NCBI GenBank assembly: GCA_963715865.1
Contig: OY970280.1
Span: 1,440,001-1,504,000, forward strand
Source of the DNA: Candidatus Bathyarchaeota archaeon
Lineage (GTDB): Archaea; Thermoproteota; Bathyarchaeia; Bathyarchaeales; Bathycorpusculaceae
Direction: 5' to 3'
DNA: 64,000 nucleotides
Made by a program: the position numbers and the translations under genes. Below, one piece after another: positions 28,896-37,330 of this stretch (within the stretch, counting starts at the first letter, position 1; each line of letters starts with the position of its first letter). Below the pieces are notes generated by a model. The model was not told where the DNA came from and made no database searches. It was given only the letters and a program-made list of their open reading frames with translations.

Positions 28896-29056
28896 TTCGC
28901 TAATCTCCTCGTTAACGCTTGCTTGATCGCTCGGAAGCATTGGTATATGGCGTAAACGCCACCGATCATAAAGCAGCCGACAAGCGCGCAGAAGGCAAGT
29001 GTAATTGTCAGAACAACAGAAAAAAAGAGGAGTTTGTGTTTCCTTTCGGTTTGCAC
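28892..29056 (-). CDS. Small single-TM protein (54 aa, GTG start, not in the ORF track)
   Basis: MQTERKHKLLFFSVVLTITLAFCALVGCFMIGGVYAIYQCFRAIKQALTRRLAK; sits between the 29067 stop and the ATGA overlap at 28892-28895. Confidence 0.55.
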   Translation of the reverse strand: MQTERKHKLLFFSVVLTITLAFCALVGCFMIGGVYAIYQCFRAIKQALTRRLAK

Positions 29057-29066
29057 GTTAATCGCC

Positions 29067-29543
29067 TTATCCGCTTGAGCTGTCAGCGCAGCTAAAGGTT
29101 ATCTGAATGTTCGTAGTCCCAGCAGGAGCGTTAGAGGTGGCTGTAAGCGTGAAGCGGAATAGAAACGAATAATCGCCTGTTATTTTAGAGTACGGTCCGA
29201 TGCAGGTGTTCTGCGCCCAAGGATTATCCGTTATTCCCCAAGTGCAGGTCAAGGTGAAACCAGTCGGAACAACCGCCGACCATTCCACGTAAATGGGATC
29301 TCCGCCTATGTTCTTCGCGTATTTGACCTCTGATTGAACACTCTCGCCTCTCGCTAATGTCCCCCAGTTTTGCGCCGTCCAGACGTTTGTGCATGAGATA
29401 TCCGTGTAGAGTTGGAAGTCCCAATTTCCTTGTACGAATACTGTCGTATTTATCTGTCTTGTCTGATAGACCGCTGCGACCGCGACGCCTGCCAACAGAG
29501 CAAGCAACAGCGTTACCGAAACTAACTTCAATTTCCTGTTCAT
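29067..29543 (-). CDS. Secreted beta-rich protein (possibly TasA/fimbrial-like)
   Basis: Signal peptide, N-terminal beta-strand, WGTLARGE...YAKNIG...W...FTLTATSNAPAGTTNIQITF beta-sandwich pattern, 4 Cys. Confidence 0.65.
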   Translation of the reverse strand: MNRKLKLVSVTLLLALLAGVAVAAVYQTRQINTTVFVQGNWDFQLYTDISCTNVWTAQNWGTLARGESVQSEVKYAKNIGGDPIYVEWSAVVPTGFTLTCTWGITDNPWAQNTCIGPYSKITGDYSFLFRFTLTATSNAPAGTTNIQITFSCADSSSG

Positions 29544-29830
29544 CTGTGTTTTTTCTCCTTTTAATCTCGGCTATTCCAAGCCGCAAAATACAATTCGCGG
29601 ATGTTGTTTATTCCGTTTGCTACTCGGCGCGAGAATTAGGTCGGGTTTGGCTAACGGAGGCTAAAGGAACGCCTATTAAAACGGAGTGACATCGTATTTC
29701 TATGATTAACTGAATACGCATGGAGGACTGTAAAAATGAACATAGTTACGAGGTTTCACCTGAAGAAAAACGCATCTTTGCAGGAATACGTGAATTGGGC
29801 TTTAAAGAAACGTAAGGAGGTGAGCGAGAA

Positions 29831-30211
29831 ATGGCAAAGGAATTAGTGAAAAAAGGGAAAAAAACCGTCGTGGTAAGCAGCGATGTTAAACCCGACGCTG
29901 AAACCGCTATTAAACCTGCTGAAACCATTAAGACCGAACAACCGAAAGCTGAAGTGAAAGCGGAAGTGAAAGCAAAGGAAAACGAGAAGCTGCTGGAGGA
30001 ACGAGTGTTAGGGCAGATGAAGCTGCTGGCTGCAAACGGCATTAAAGAATTCACTTCCACCGTTTTAAGGGATAAGTTGAATTTAGACAAGGAAAATGGC
30101 AGGGACATCATACGCAAGGTAATGAAACGGTTGAAAAAAGACGGCAAGATCATTACGGGTGAAAAGACGGTTGGCAAGCTGAAGCGGTACGTTTACAGTT
30201 TAAAGGAGTAA
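29831..30211 (+). CDS. Winged-helix DNA-binding protein with K/E/A-rich N-terminus
   Basis: EFTSTVLRDKLNLDKENGRDIIRKVMKRLKKDGKI...KRYVYSL wHTH pattern; GAGGTGAG RBS. Confidence 0.7.
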   Translation: MAKELVKKGKKTVVVSSDVKPDAETAIKPAETIKTEQPKAEVKAEVKAKENEKLLEERVLGQMKLLAANGIKEFTSTVLRDKLNLDKENGRDIIRKVMKRLKKDGKIITGEKTVGKLKRYVYSLKE

Positions 30212-30235
30212 GCGGAGTAAAGGAGGTGAGTACGC

Positions 30236-30385
30236 ATGTCAGTTAAAAGTCAGAAGAAGAAACGGGAAAAGCGACAGCGATTCCTTCAACTTGTCAAATG
30301 TCCCTGCTGTCACGCGGAAATAGTGTTCGAGTGGGAAGCCGTCGGCAGCACGACGGTGCAAGAAGAGAGTACGAAAGAACCGTAA
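30236..30385 (+). CDS. Small basic protein with CPCC motif (49 aa, not in the ORF track)
   Basis: GGAGGTGAG RBS; MSVKSQKKKREKRQRFLQLVKCPCCHAEIVFEWEAV... Confidence 0.55.
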   Translation: MSVKSQKKKREKRQRFLQLVKCPCCHAEIVFEWEAVGSTTVQEESTKEP

Positions 30386-30470
30386 AAACGCTCGCGCGTT
30401 TTAATGTCTCTTTTTTCTTTTGATTCAGTTTTCTCCGTTATTTGAATTGTATAATCCGAAATTAATTCGG

Positions 30471-30486
30471 AATATCAATGGATTTT
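30471..30486 (+). repeat. attR core AATATCAATGGATTTT
   Basis: Exact repeat of 21950-21965, followed in the msrB frame by ATC CCT GAC AAA AAA GAA TAA (30487-30507). Confidence 0.92.
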
Positions 30487-30565
30487 ATCCCTGACAAAAA
30501 AGAATAAGCACCCCAGCAATCCTCATGTAAGCGTGAAATAATAAAAAGACTATAGGGCTTAAGCT

Positions 30566-30904
30566 ATGGATAAAAAAGAAGCATCTAAACAACTCGTCGC
30601 AAAAGCCTCAAATCTTGAGGGCTTAATTGATTATCAAGAAGGCTCAGTTGTAAGCCGCACAATAATTGACAAGAAAACAGGAACCATCACGCTGTTTGCG
30701 TTTGATGAAAATCAAGGCTTAAGCGAGCACACTGCACCCTACGATGCAATGGTTTATGTTCTTGACGGCGAAGTGGACGTTACCATATCAGGCAAGCCTA
30801 TCAGGCTAAAGCAGGGTGAAATGACCATTATGCCTGCTAACGAGCCGCATGCTTTAACCGCAAAAACAAAGTTCAAAATGCTTCTAACAATGATAAAATC
30901 TTAA
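30566..30904 (+). CDS. Cupin-domain protein
   Basis: TLFAFDENQGLSEHTAPYDAMVYVLDGE...MPANEPHAL. Confidence 0.9.
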   Translation: MDKKEASKQLVAKASNLEGLIDYQEGSVVSRTIIDKKTGTITLFAFDENQGLSEHTAPYDAMVYVLDGEVDVTISGKPIRLKQGEMTIMPANEPHALTAKTKFKMLLTMIKS

Positions 30905-31520
30905 CCAAACTTCCAACCCCACTTATTCTTGAAACAATAATCGCCAAGCAGTTTTTTAGGCGGCACAGGCGGTTTCTCAGCGGGATAACCCATAGCAATC
31001 AACGCCTCAGGCTCAACCTCATCAGGAATTTTCAGCACTCTCCTAACGGTTTCTTTACAAAAACTCGGCGCACAAAACCAGCATGCACCCAAACCCTTTG
31101 CATGCGCCGCCAACAGCAGGTTTTGCAAGGCTGCCCCTAAACTTTGCATTGCCAAATCTCGCTCGCTGTTTTGCCTCTTTTTATCGGAAAATTTCATCAT
31201 TCCATCCATGGTTAAGCAAGCAAGTATAAGCACGGGCGCGGTTGCGAACCGTTCGACCCTAACCTTGAATTTTTCTGGCTTCAATTTTTAAGCCGTCTTT
31301 AGCCATGTCAGCAGCCCAAGATTCAGCCATAGCCTCTGCCAATTCCCGCTTAACCGACTCGTCAGCTAAAACTATGAATCGCCATGGTTGAGCGTTATGC
31401 GCTGAAGGCGCCCAACCTGCAGCCTCCAAAAATTCTTTAATCAGCTTCTTGTGGAACAGGGTGGGCTTGATATTTTCTGATGCTTCGCCGCTCTTTAATC
31501 GCGTCAAACAGGTTTGACAT
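30901..31520 (-). pseudogene. Nitroreductase-family protein (FbiB C-terminal-like), two frameshifts
   Basis: MSNLFDAIKERRSIRKY / WAPSAHNAQPWRF / QNLLLAAHAKGLGACW lie in three frames; shifts near 31445 and 31270. Confidence 0.75.
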
Positions 31521-31553
31521 GATAATAGTGTATGTTTGCTTTCTTTTTATCTC

Positions 31554-32591
31554 TTAAATGCTTAAAGCTCGGTTAGGCTCTAAAATAACCTTCAAGGATT
31601 GCCCTGCTTCAGCCATCAACCTGAAGCCTTCCTGCGCCTCGCCTAAACTGAGCCTATGCGTTATCATGTCTTTAACATTCAAGTTTTGTTGCTAAAACAG
31701 GATCGAATCTTCCAAGTCGTTTGGTGCGGCTCCATAGCTGGTTCGCATGGTTATTTCGTTTCTCCAGAACTGGTTAATCGGAACTGGAAGCTTCACGCTT
31801 GGGTCAGGCACTGCAAAAAACAGGATGGTTCCGCCATTATCCACGCAGTCCAACGCTGATAACGCCGCTGAAGTGGCACCCGTGCAGACAATCACTTGGT
31901 CTGCTAAGCTGTCCCTCGTTTACTTCTTTAAGTTTTCTGGGGCAAGTTATCTTTTGCGTCTAAGGCGTGTGATTGCGCCGAATTTCTTGGCAAGCTTCAG
32001 CCTGTAAGGGTTAATGTCCGCCACAACAATGTTCCCGACGCCTTTAAACTTTGCAAGTTGAGCATGTAAGATTCCAGATATGCCGCTTCCAATAATCAAC
32101 AGCGAGTCATCTTTTTTCAGGTTAGCTAACCGTTGACCACGAGAAACACATGCAAGAGGCTCAATGAATGTGCCTTCTTCAAAAGACATGTCGTCTGGCA
32201 GCTTGTACACGCCGAAATCAACGTTTATTTTTGGCACGCGAATGTACTGTGCAAAGCCGCCTGGGTAATAATTTGTTGTGTGCAGTGTCTGGCAGGCTGT
32301 GTGGTGTCCTCTCTGGCAGTAACGGCATTGGTTGCAGGGTACATGGTGTGAAACGAAGACTCTGTCGCCGACTTTGAGGCTGGTAACTTTGCTGCCGACT
32401 TTATCGATGACCCCTGTGGCTTCGTGACCCAGCACGCGCGGAGCCTTAGGCACACGGTACCATTCAATAACGTCGCTGCCGCAGATGCCGCTCGCCATAA
32501 CCTTCAACAATGCTTCGTCCTCGCCGATTTGCGGGATAGGCATTTCTTCAATGCGAACGTCATGGTTGTTGTAGTAGACTGCGGCAAGCAA
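31554..32591 (-). pseudogene. Zn-dependent (MDR) sugar-alcohol/threonine-type dehydrogenase, multiple indels in the 3' third
   Basis: GICGSD, LGHEATG, CNQCRYC...C, GSGISG. The continuation GGTILFF...EITMRTSY and the tail KDMITHRL...SLKVILEP are broken by shifts at about 31950-31890 and a stop at about 31692. Confidence 0.8.
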
Positions 32592-32621
32592 GAGGCTTCA
32601 CCAAGAAAAATAAGTGCTCGG

Positions 32622-33419
32622 TTAAGCTTTGCCGGCTTTTACCTGATTAAACAGGTCGAGTGCTTCTTGCGGCGTGTAGTTATCATGGACTATGGCTCTA
32701 ATTGCTCTGATGGCGGCTACTGGATTCTCGGTTTGCCAAATGTTCCTACCCAAGTTAACGCCTATAGCTCCTTTCTGCATGCCATCGTAGACGAAGTCAA
32801 ATACTTCTTTTTGCGTTTCAGTTTTTGGTCCGCCTGCAATTACCACTGGCACCGGGCAACCGTCAACGACTTTTTCAAAGTTTTCTTTGCAGTAGTAGGT
32901 TTTGACTACTCGTGCGCCGATTTCGGCTGAAACTCGGGCAACTAACGCTAAGTAGCGGGCTTCTCGTTTTTCCAGTTCTTTTCCCACGGAAGTTACAGCC
33001 ATAACGGGTATGCCGTAATCTTCACATTCGTCAACGAGTTTGGCTAGGTTGCTGAGGCTTTTGTTCTCATATTTTGTGCCGACAAACACGGACATTGAAA
33101 CTGCCATGGCATTTAATCTTAGGATTTCTTGGATGGATGTCACTATGCTCTCGTTTGCTAAGTCTTCCCCAACCACTGTTACAGCACCTGAAACTCGCAT
33201 TATGATTGGTTTCTCGATGGCTGGGTCAATGCAGTTTCTCAAAACCCCGCGCGTTAGCATGATTGCGTCAGCGTATTGATAGATGGGCTTGATTGTTTCT
33301 CCAGGCTTCTCAAGACAGTGTGTTGGTCCTTGGAAGTATCCGTGGTCAATAGGTAAAAAGAGGGCTTTACCATCTTTTTGGATAAGTCGGCTTAACCTGT
33401 TTTTCATTCCCCATTCCAT
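32622..33419 (-). CDS. lsrF: LsrF-like thiolase / DhnA-type class I aldolase family protein
   Basis: N-terminus MEWGMKNRLSR...DHGYFQGPT characteristic of LsrF; active-site Lys in VVKTYY; GGPK; GRNIWQ. Confidence 0.8.
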   Translation of the reverse strand: MEWGMKNRLSRLIQKDGKALFLPIDHGYFQGPTHCLEKPGETIKPIYQYADAIMLTRGVLRNCIDPAIEKPIIMRVSGAVTVVGEDLANESIVTSIQEILRLNAMAVSMSVFVGTKYENKSLSNLAKLVDECEDYGIPVMAVTSVGKELEKREARYLALVARVSAEIGARVVKTYYCKENFEKVVDGCPVPVVIAGGPKTETQKEVFDFVYDGMQKGAIGVNLGRNIWQTENPVAAIRAIRAIVHDNYTPQEALDLFNQVKAGKA

Positions 33420-33542
33420 AGTTATTTCTCCTCGGAACCTTTTGGTTTCAGAATTAAATAACCTTTCCGATACTACCGCAAAGAAGCTTCGATTAAGGGC
33501 AATGTAAGATTATGCGAGCCTTTTTTTTACGGATTGTTGCCT

Positions 33543-34244
33543 TTAACGTGTTTTGTCATTTATTGAGTCGATTACTTCTCTAAGTTCTTCTCTTTGAGTG
33601 TGCCATTCAAAAGAATGAGGCAAACCGATGAGTTCAGCGGTCAGTATCTTAAGCTCTGGGGGCAGGAAGACTTGATATTCTCTTGCAGTTTGAACAAACT
33701 TAAAACCAGCGTTTTTCACGGATTGAAACAACTTTCTCTTTTCATCATCCGTGAGTGAACCATAATAGGGAGGGCTTTCTTTTCCCCACATGTTATCAAA
33801 TTGTATTCCGGGTCCATAACTGAAAATAGAGACTCCAACGTCAACCGCTTTATCCAATCTTGTCTTTTCCGATTTAATGTACTCCGTTATTTTTTCAACA
33901 CTGTTATTAGATGACAAGGCTTTCCAATTCTCATGCATGTGGATACCGACAACATGGTTATGTGACATAGCATTTTTCAATACTTCTTTGTGCTTTTCGG
34001 CAAAATATGGAAATGCTAAAAACATCCCTCTTGCCTGGTTTCTTTCCAGTATCTGCAGCACTTTGCTTACAGTTCGATCAATGACTCCAGGTGAGACTTT
34101 AACGTCGATTTCGTCGAGAGCTCTAGTGTTAGACGGACCACTCCATTCAGGATTAGGAATGATTCGTTCGCCCCACTCTGTGGTGAAGCCGACTTCCATA
34201 TGTGCGAAGAAGAATTTTCCGCTAATCGATTGATTTTGTTCCAT
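33543..34244 (-). CDS. Polysaccharide-deacetylase-like (NodB-fold) protein
   Basis: KVLQILERNQARGMFL...HVVGIHMHENW pattern; divergent. Confidence 0.55.
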   Translation of the reverse strand: MEQNQSISGKFFFAHMEVGFTTEWGERIIPNPEWSGPSNTRALDEIDVKVSPGVIDRTVSKVLQILERNQARGMFLAFPYFAEKHKEVLKNAMSHNHVVGIHMHENWKALSSNNSVEKITEYIKSEKTRLDKAVDVGVSIFSYGPGIQFDNMWGKESPPYYGSLTDDEKRKLFQSVKNAGFKFVQTAREYQVFLPPELKILTAELIGLPHSFEWHTQREELREVIDSINDKTR

Positions 34245-34632
34245 TTGTTATCCCTTCGCCCTGTTCTTGACTTGTTCTGCTTTTCTTAAAATGATTAATT
34301 GCAGTTTCAACTACTTCGTTTCTGTCACGATAGTTTCCTGCCTTAACTTGCTGGTCAATCCATTCAACGAGCCCATTGTCTATGTTAGCTAAAACAGTTT
34401 GCTCATTCTTTTTTAATTTTGAGTTAACTAAGAGGATATAGCCTTTCTCTATGAGCCAGTGATGAAACTGCCAAGTAGTATATAGACACCCGCTACTGCA
34501 TTTTTGCCTTGTCTGCTCATAAGCCGCAGAGCCTTCTGTCAGCTTGTTTAGCTGCATCTGGATTGGGCATTGAACAGCTTTGCAGAATTCTCTGCGCTTA
34601 TACTCAACATATCCGTCTGGAGTCATTTTCAT
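34222..34632 (-). CDS. Cys-rich domain fused to a ribbon-helix-helix (CopG/ParD-like) domain
   Basis: C..VQCP...C..GC...WQFHHWL, then IDNGLVEWIDQQVKAGNYRDRNEVVETAI. Confidence 0.65.
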   Translation of the reverse strand: MKMTPDGYVEYKRREFCKAVQCPIQMQLNKLTEGSAAYEQTRQKCSSGCLYTTWQFHHWLIEKGYILLVNSKLKKNEQTVLANIDNGLVEWIDQQVKAGNYRDRNEVVETAINHFKKSRTSQEQGEGITNGTKSID

Positions 34633-34725
34633 CGGTGGCTTACTGCTCGTTTAGACTTAATAAGCCTTGTTTTTCTGGAAGCTGTCAAGTTGACGGTTTG
34701 TGTTTTTGTTGTTTATTGACTTTTT

Positions 34726-34841
34726 TACTACGTACATGGGCTAAAGCACGGGAAACTTTACTACGTACAAGCCAAGGGTCTTAGGATGTACGTAGTATAA
34801 CTTGGAACTATCGATAAGAGAGCCTTAGGATGTACGTAGTA
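34726..34841. repeat. Four-copy array of TACTACGTACA (two forward, two reverse)
   Basis: Forward at 34726 and 34759; reverse within CTTAGGATGTACGTAGTA at 34780 and 34824. Confidence 0.9.
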
Positions 34842-34928
34842 AGCTACCAACCCAAAAGTTTACAGAACCAAAACAGGAAAAACTTAAATGCGAAATGAAT
34901 CTGCATTTGATTATTTAATGACGTTTGT

Positions 34929-35702
34929 TTATGGCAGTTTTTTTCCGCAGTTTTTGCAATAAGCAGCGTTTACATTGTTTGCCATTCCGCAGTTAAGACA
35001 AAACTTGATTTGTGTTGTGATAGTCGGTGCCGTCGGCATAGGTGAGTAGGGTTTTGGCTTAAGCGCGTTAAATCCTGATGCTGCAAAAATCCAACCGACC
35101 CAAGAAACAATCGGTATGAACACACCAATTAAGATTAGCAATCCGGCGGTGTCAAAACTGTGAACCCCAGATTTCTCTGCAAGCTTGTTAAACGCACGTT
35201 TGTAAAGTAAAGCGCTAACTACTCCAATAGCAATAGCTACGGCAAATACAACTATTAAAGCGATAATGAAGGTCCAGACGAAGGAAGAAGCGGCTGTTGG
35301 AGTACTTACTACAGTATTCATTAGAGTCGATGCTATAACAGCGAACAGTATTGCGACTAAAACGACCGCTCCCACTATGCTTATGACTAAAGAATACATT
35401 ATATTTCTGAAAATTATAGGTTCATTATAGTATTGACTTAACTCGTGCATAGCAACAATAAACAGGATTAGTCCAACGAAACTTATTATCCCAACCGCGA
35501 CAAATGCGATCCATATTATTCCGAAGGAAAGAAAAGGGAAGCCAGAGGGTATTGGTGTGCTTCCTCTGCCTGTAATTGCATTGGTAATGGTGGAGATTAA
35601 GGAAAAAAGGAAAAATTCATATAACGCGACTGTAACGATTGGCACTATTACGGTTATTATGCTGGCTGTTAGACCTAATTTTCTGCCTGATTCAAGCGAC
35701 AT
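34929..35702 (-). CDS. DUF996-like membrane protein with C-terminal zinc ribbon
   Basis: LSQYYNEPIIFRN, LAEKSGVHSFDTAGLL; CLNC...CKNCG. Confidence 0.8.
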   Translation of the reverse strand: MSLESGRKLGLTASIITVIVPIVTVALYEFFLFSLISTITNAITGRGSTPIPSGFPFLSFGIIWIAFVAVGIISFVGLILFIVAMHELSQYYNEPIIFRNIMYSLVISIVGAVVLVAILFAVIASTLMNTVVSTPTAASSFVWTFIIALIVVFAVAIAIGVVSALLYKRAFNKLAEKSGVHSFDTAGLLILIGVFIPIVSWVGWIFAASGFNALKPKPYSPMPTAPTITTQIKFCLNCGMANNVNAAYCKNCGKKLP

Positions 35703-35995
35703 ACTGCCCCTCAGATGCTATTTTATAGCGACTTAGGAATAAGCTTTGCGCAAGCATCAAACTGCATAAATCAAGCGTTAACTTTTAGGTAAGGCTATTC
35801 TTTTCATAGCTCTCATCTGCATTCTGTCCTAGCGGAAGTTGCTATTAAATCTCCCCAGAGAACAATCTGTTCCGCTTAAAGAACAGCCTCAGCCATCAAC
35901 AAAATAAATTCGCTGCATCAATCTTCAAGTTTTAGGACAATGATGGCTTGTAAGGTTTAATAGGCAATTTGCTTGAATCTTTGGCTTAGCGGTGG

Positions 35996-37282
35996 TTGCA
36001 AGTGCAAGTGCAGGAACATAGGAAGCTGAAGCGTTCAATCGGCTTGTGGAGTGCAGTCGCCATTAACGTGGGCGCAATCATAGGCGGCGGAATCTTCGTT
36101 GTCACAGGCATTGTCGCAGGCTACGCTGGCTCAGCACTTGTCATATCAATGATTATCGCTGGGATTATCGCGTTTATCACGGCGACAAGCTTTGCAAAGC
36201 TCACGTCTTGGCAGCCTGTTGAAGGAAGCGTCTACGAGTATGGACGCCAATTGATTTCGCCGTTTTCAGGGTTTTTGGCTGGTTGGATGTGGATAGTAGC
36301 TAACACTTTTACTGGGGCTGCGGTTTCTCTTGGATTCGCCTATTACTTAACAGCAGCTTTCCCCGGTTTACCAAGCAACTTGATTGCTGCTGCTTTGTGT
36401 TTGGGTTTTACCGCTTTGAATTTGGTTGGTGCTAAAGAATCAGCAGGAGTCAACAATATTTTTGTAAGCATTAAGCTTGCTGTGCTGGCGTTTTTCGTGC
36501 TTTTCGGCGCTTTACATTGGAACGCTGGAAATTTTATTCCTTTTCAGCCTTTATCCAGCGGTGTTCTTTACGGGTCCTTTTTCATCTTCTTCGCGTACGG
36601 CGGCTTTGCCAGGGTGGCCGTGGTTGCAGAAGAAGTGAAAGATGCCAAGCGAAACGTGCCTAAAGCCATGCTTTTGTCGCTGGGTATTTCGATGATTGTG
36701 TACGTTCTGGTCGGGATAATCGCAGTTGGATTGTTGAAGCCTGTTGCACTTGCTGGTTCAGGTTCTCCCTTAACTGCGGCTATGAGTGTCACAGGTAACT
36801 CGTTTGCAGTTCAGATCGTGTCTGTTGGCGGTTTGGTGGCTACTGCGAGCGTTTTGCTTACGGCGATTTTGGGCGTTTCAAGGATGGCTTATTCGATGGC
36901 TCGCCGAAACGATTTGCCCTCTGCTTTGGCTCGGCTGCATAACAAGTTTTGCACGCCTTATTATGCGATTTTGGCTGCTGGCGTTTTGATGGCTGTTTTG
37001 GTGTTGTTTGTGGATTTGACAAGAGTGGTTGCGATTAGCACGTTTGCGCTTCTCTTTAATTATTCAATTACTAATATTGCGGCTTTCAAACTGAAAAGTG
37101 ACCATAAGCGGCATAAGGTTATGCCATTGCTGGGACTGGCAACGTGCATAATGCTGTTAGCGTTTATCCTTTTAGCTTCAACACAAGCATGGCTAATCGG
37201 TGTAGTTTTCCTAGTTGCTGGAGCGGTTTATTATGCAGTGAGAAAAAGGTTGAGACAACCAGATGAGAAAAAGACGATTTAG
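35996..37282 (+). CDS. APC-family amino acid permease
   Basis: GAIIGGGIF, GSVYEY, FFAYGGF, EEVKDAKRNVP; about 12 TM. Confidence 0.92.
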   Translation: MQVQVQEHRKLKRSIGLWSAVAINVGAIIGGGIFVVTGIVAGYAGSALVISMIIAGIIAFITATSFAKLTSWQPVEGSVYEYGRQLISPFSGFLAGWMWIVANTFTGAAVSLGFAYYLTAAFPGLPSNLIAAALCLGFTALNLVGAKESAGVNNIFVSIKLAVLAFFVLFGALHWNAGNFIPFQPLSSGVLYGSFFIFFAYGGFARVAVVAEEVKDAKRNVPKAMLLSLGISMIVYVLVGIIAVGLLKPVALAGSGSPLTAAMSVTGNSFAVQIVSVGGLVATASVLLTAILGVSRMAYSMARRNDLPSALARLHNKFCTPYYAILAAGVLMAVLVLFVDLTRVVAISTFALLFNYSITNIAAFKLKSDHKRHKVMPLLGLATCIMLLAFILLASTQAWLIGVVFLVAGAVYYAVRKRLRQPDEKKTI

Positions 37283-37330
37283 ACTGCGATAAGGATTTTA
37301 AGGTTCAATAAGGTTTACTGTTAGGAAAAA

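Larger units (their letters stand above)
21950..30486. mobile_element. Integrated element of about 8.5 kb inserted in msrB (candidate virus satellite or reduced provirus/integrative plasmid)
   Basis: Bounded by 16-bp direct repeats; integrase next to attL; small virus-like ORFs; displaced msrB tail (IPDKKE*) directly after attR. Confidence 0.9.

Noticed and set aside
31686-31700. In-frame TAG in the dehydrogenase as pyrrolysine readthrough
   Set aside because: The flanking residues are out of register with the family, consistent with compensating indels, and no pyl genes are in the window.
34726-34841. Mini-CRISPR array
   Set aside because: The units are 11-18 bp, occur in both orientations, have irregular spacers, and no cas genes are in the window.
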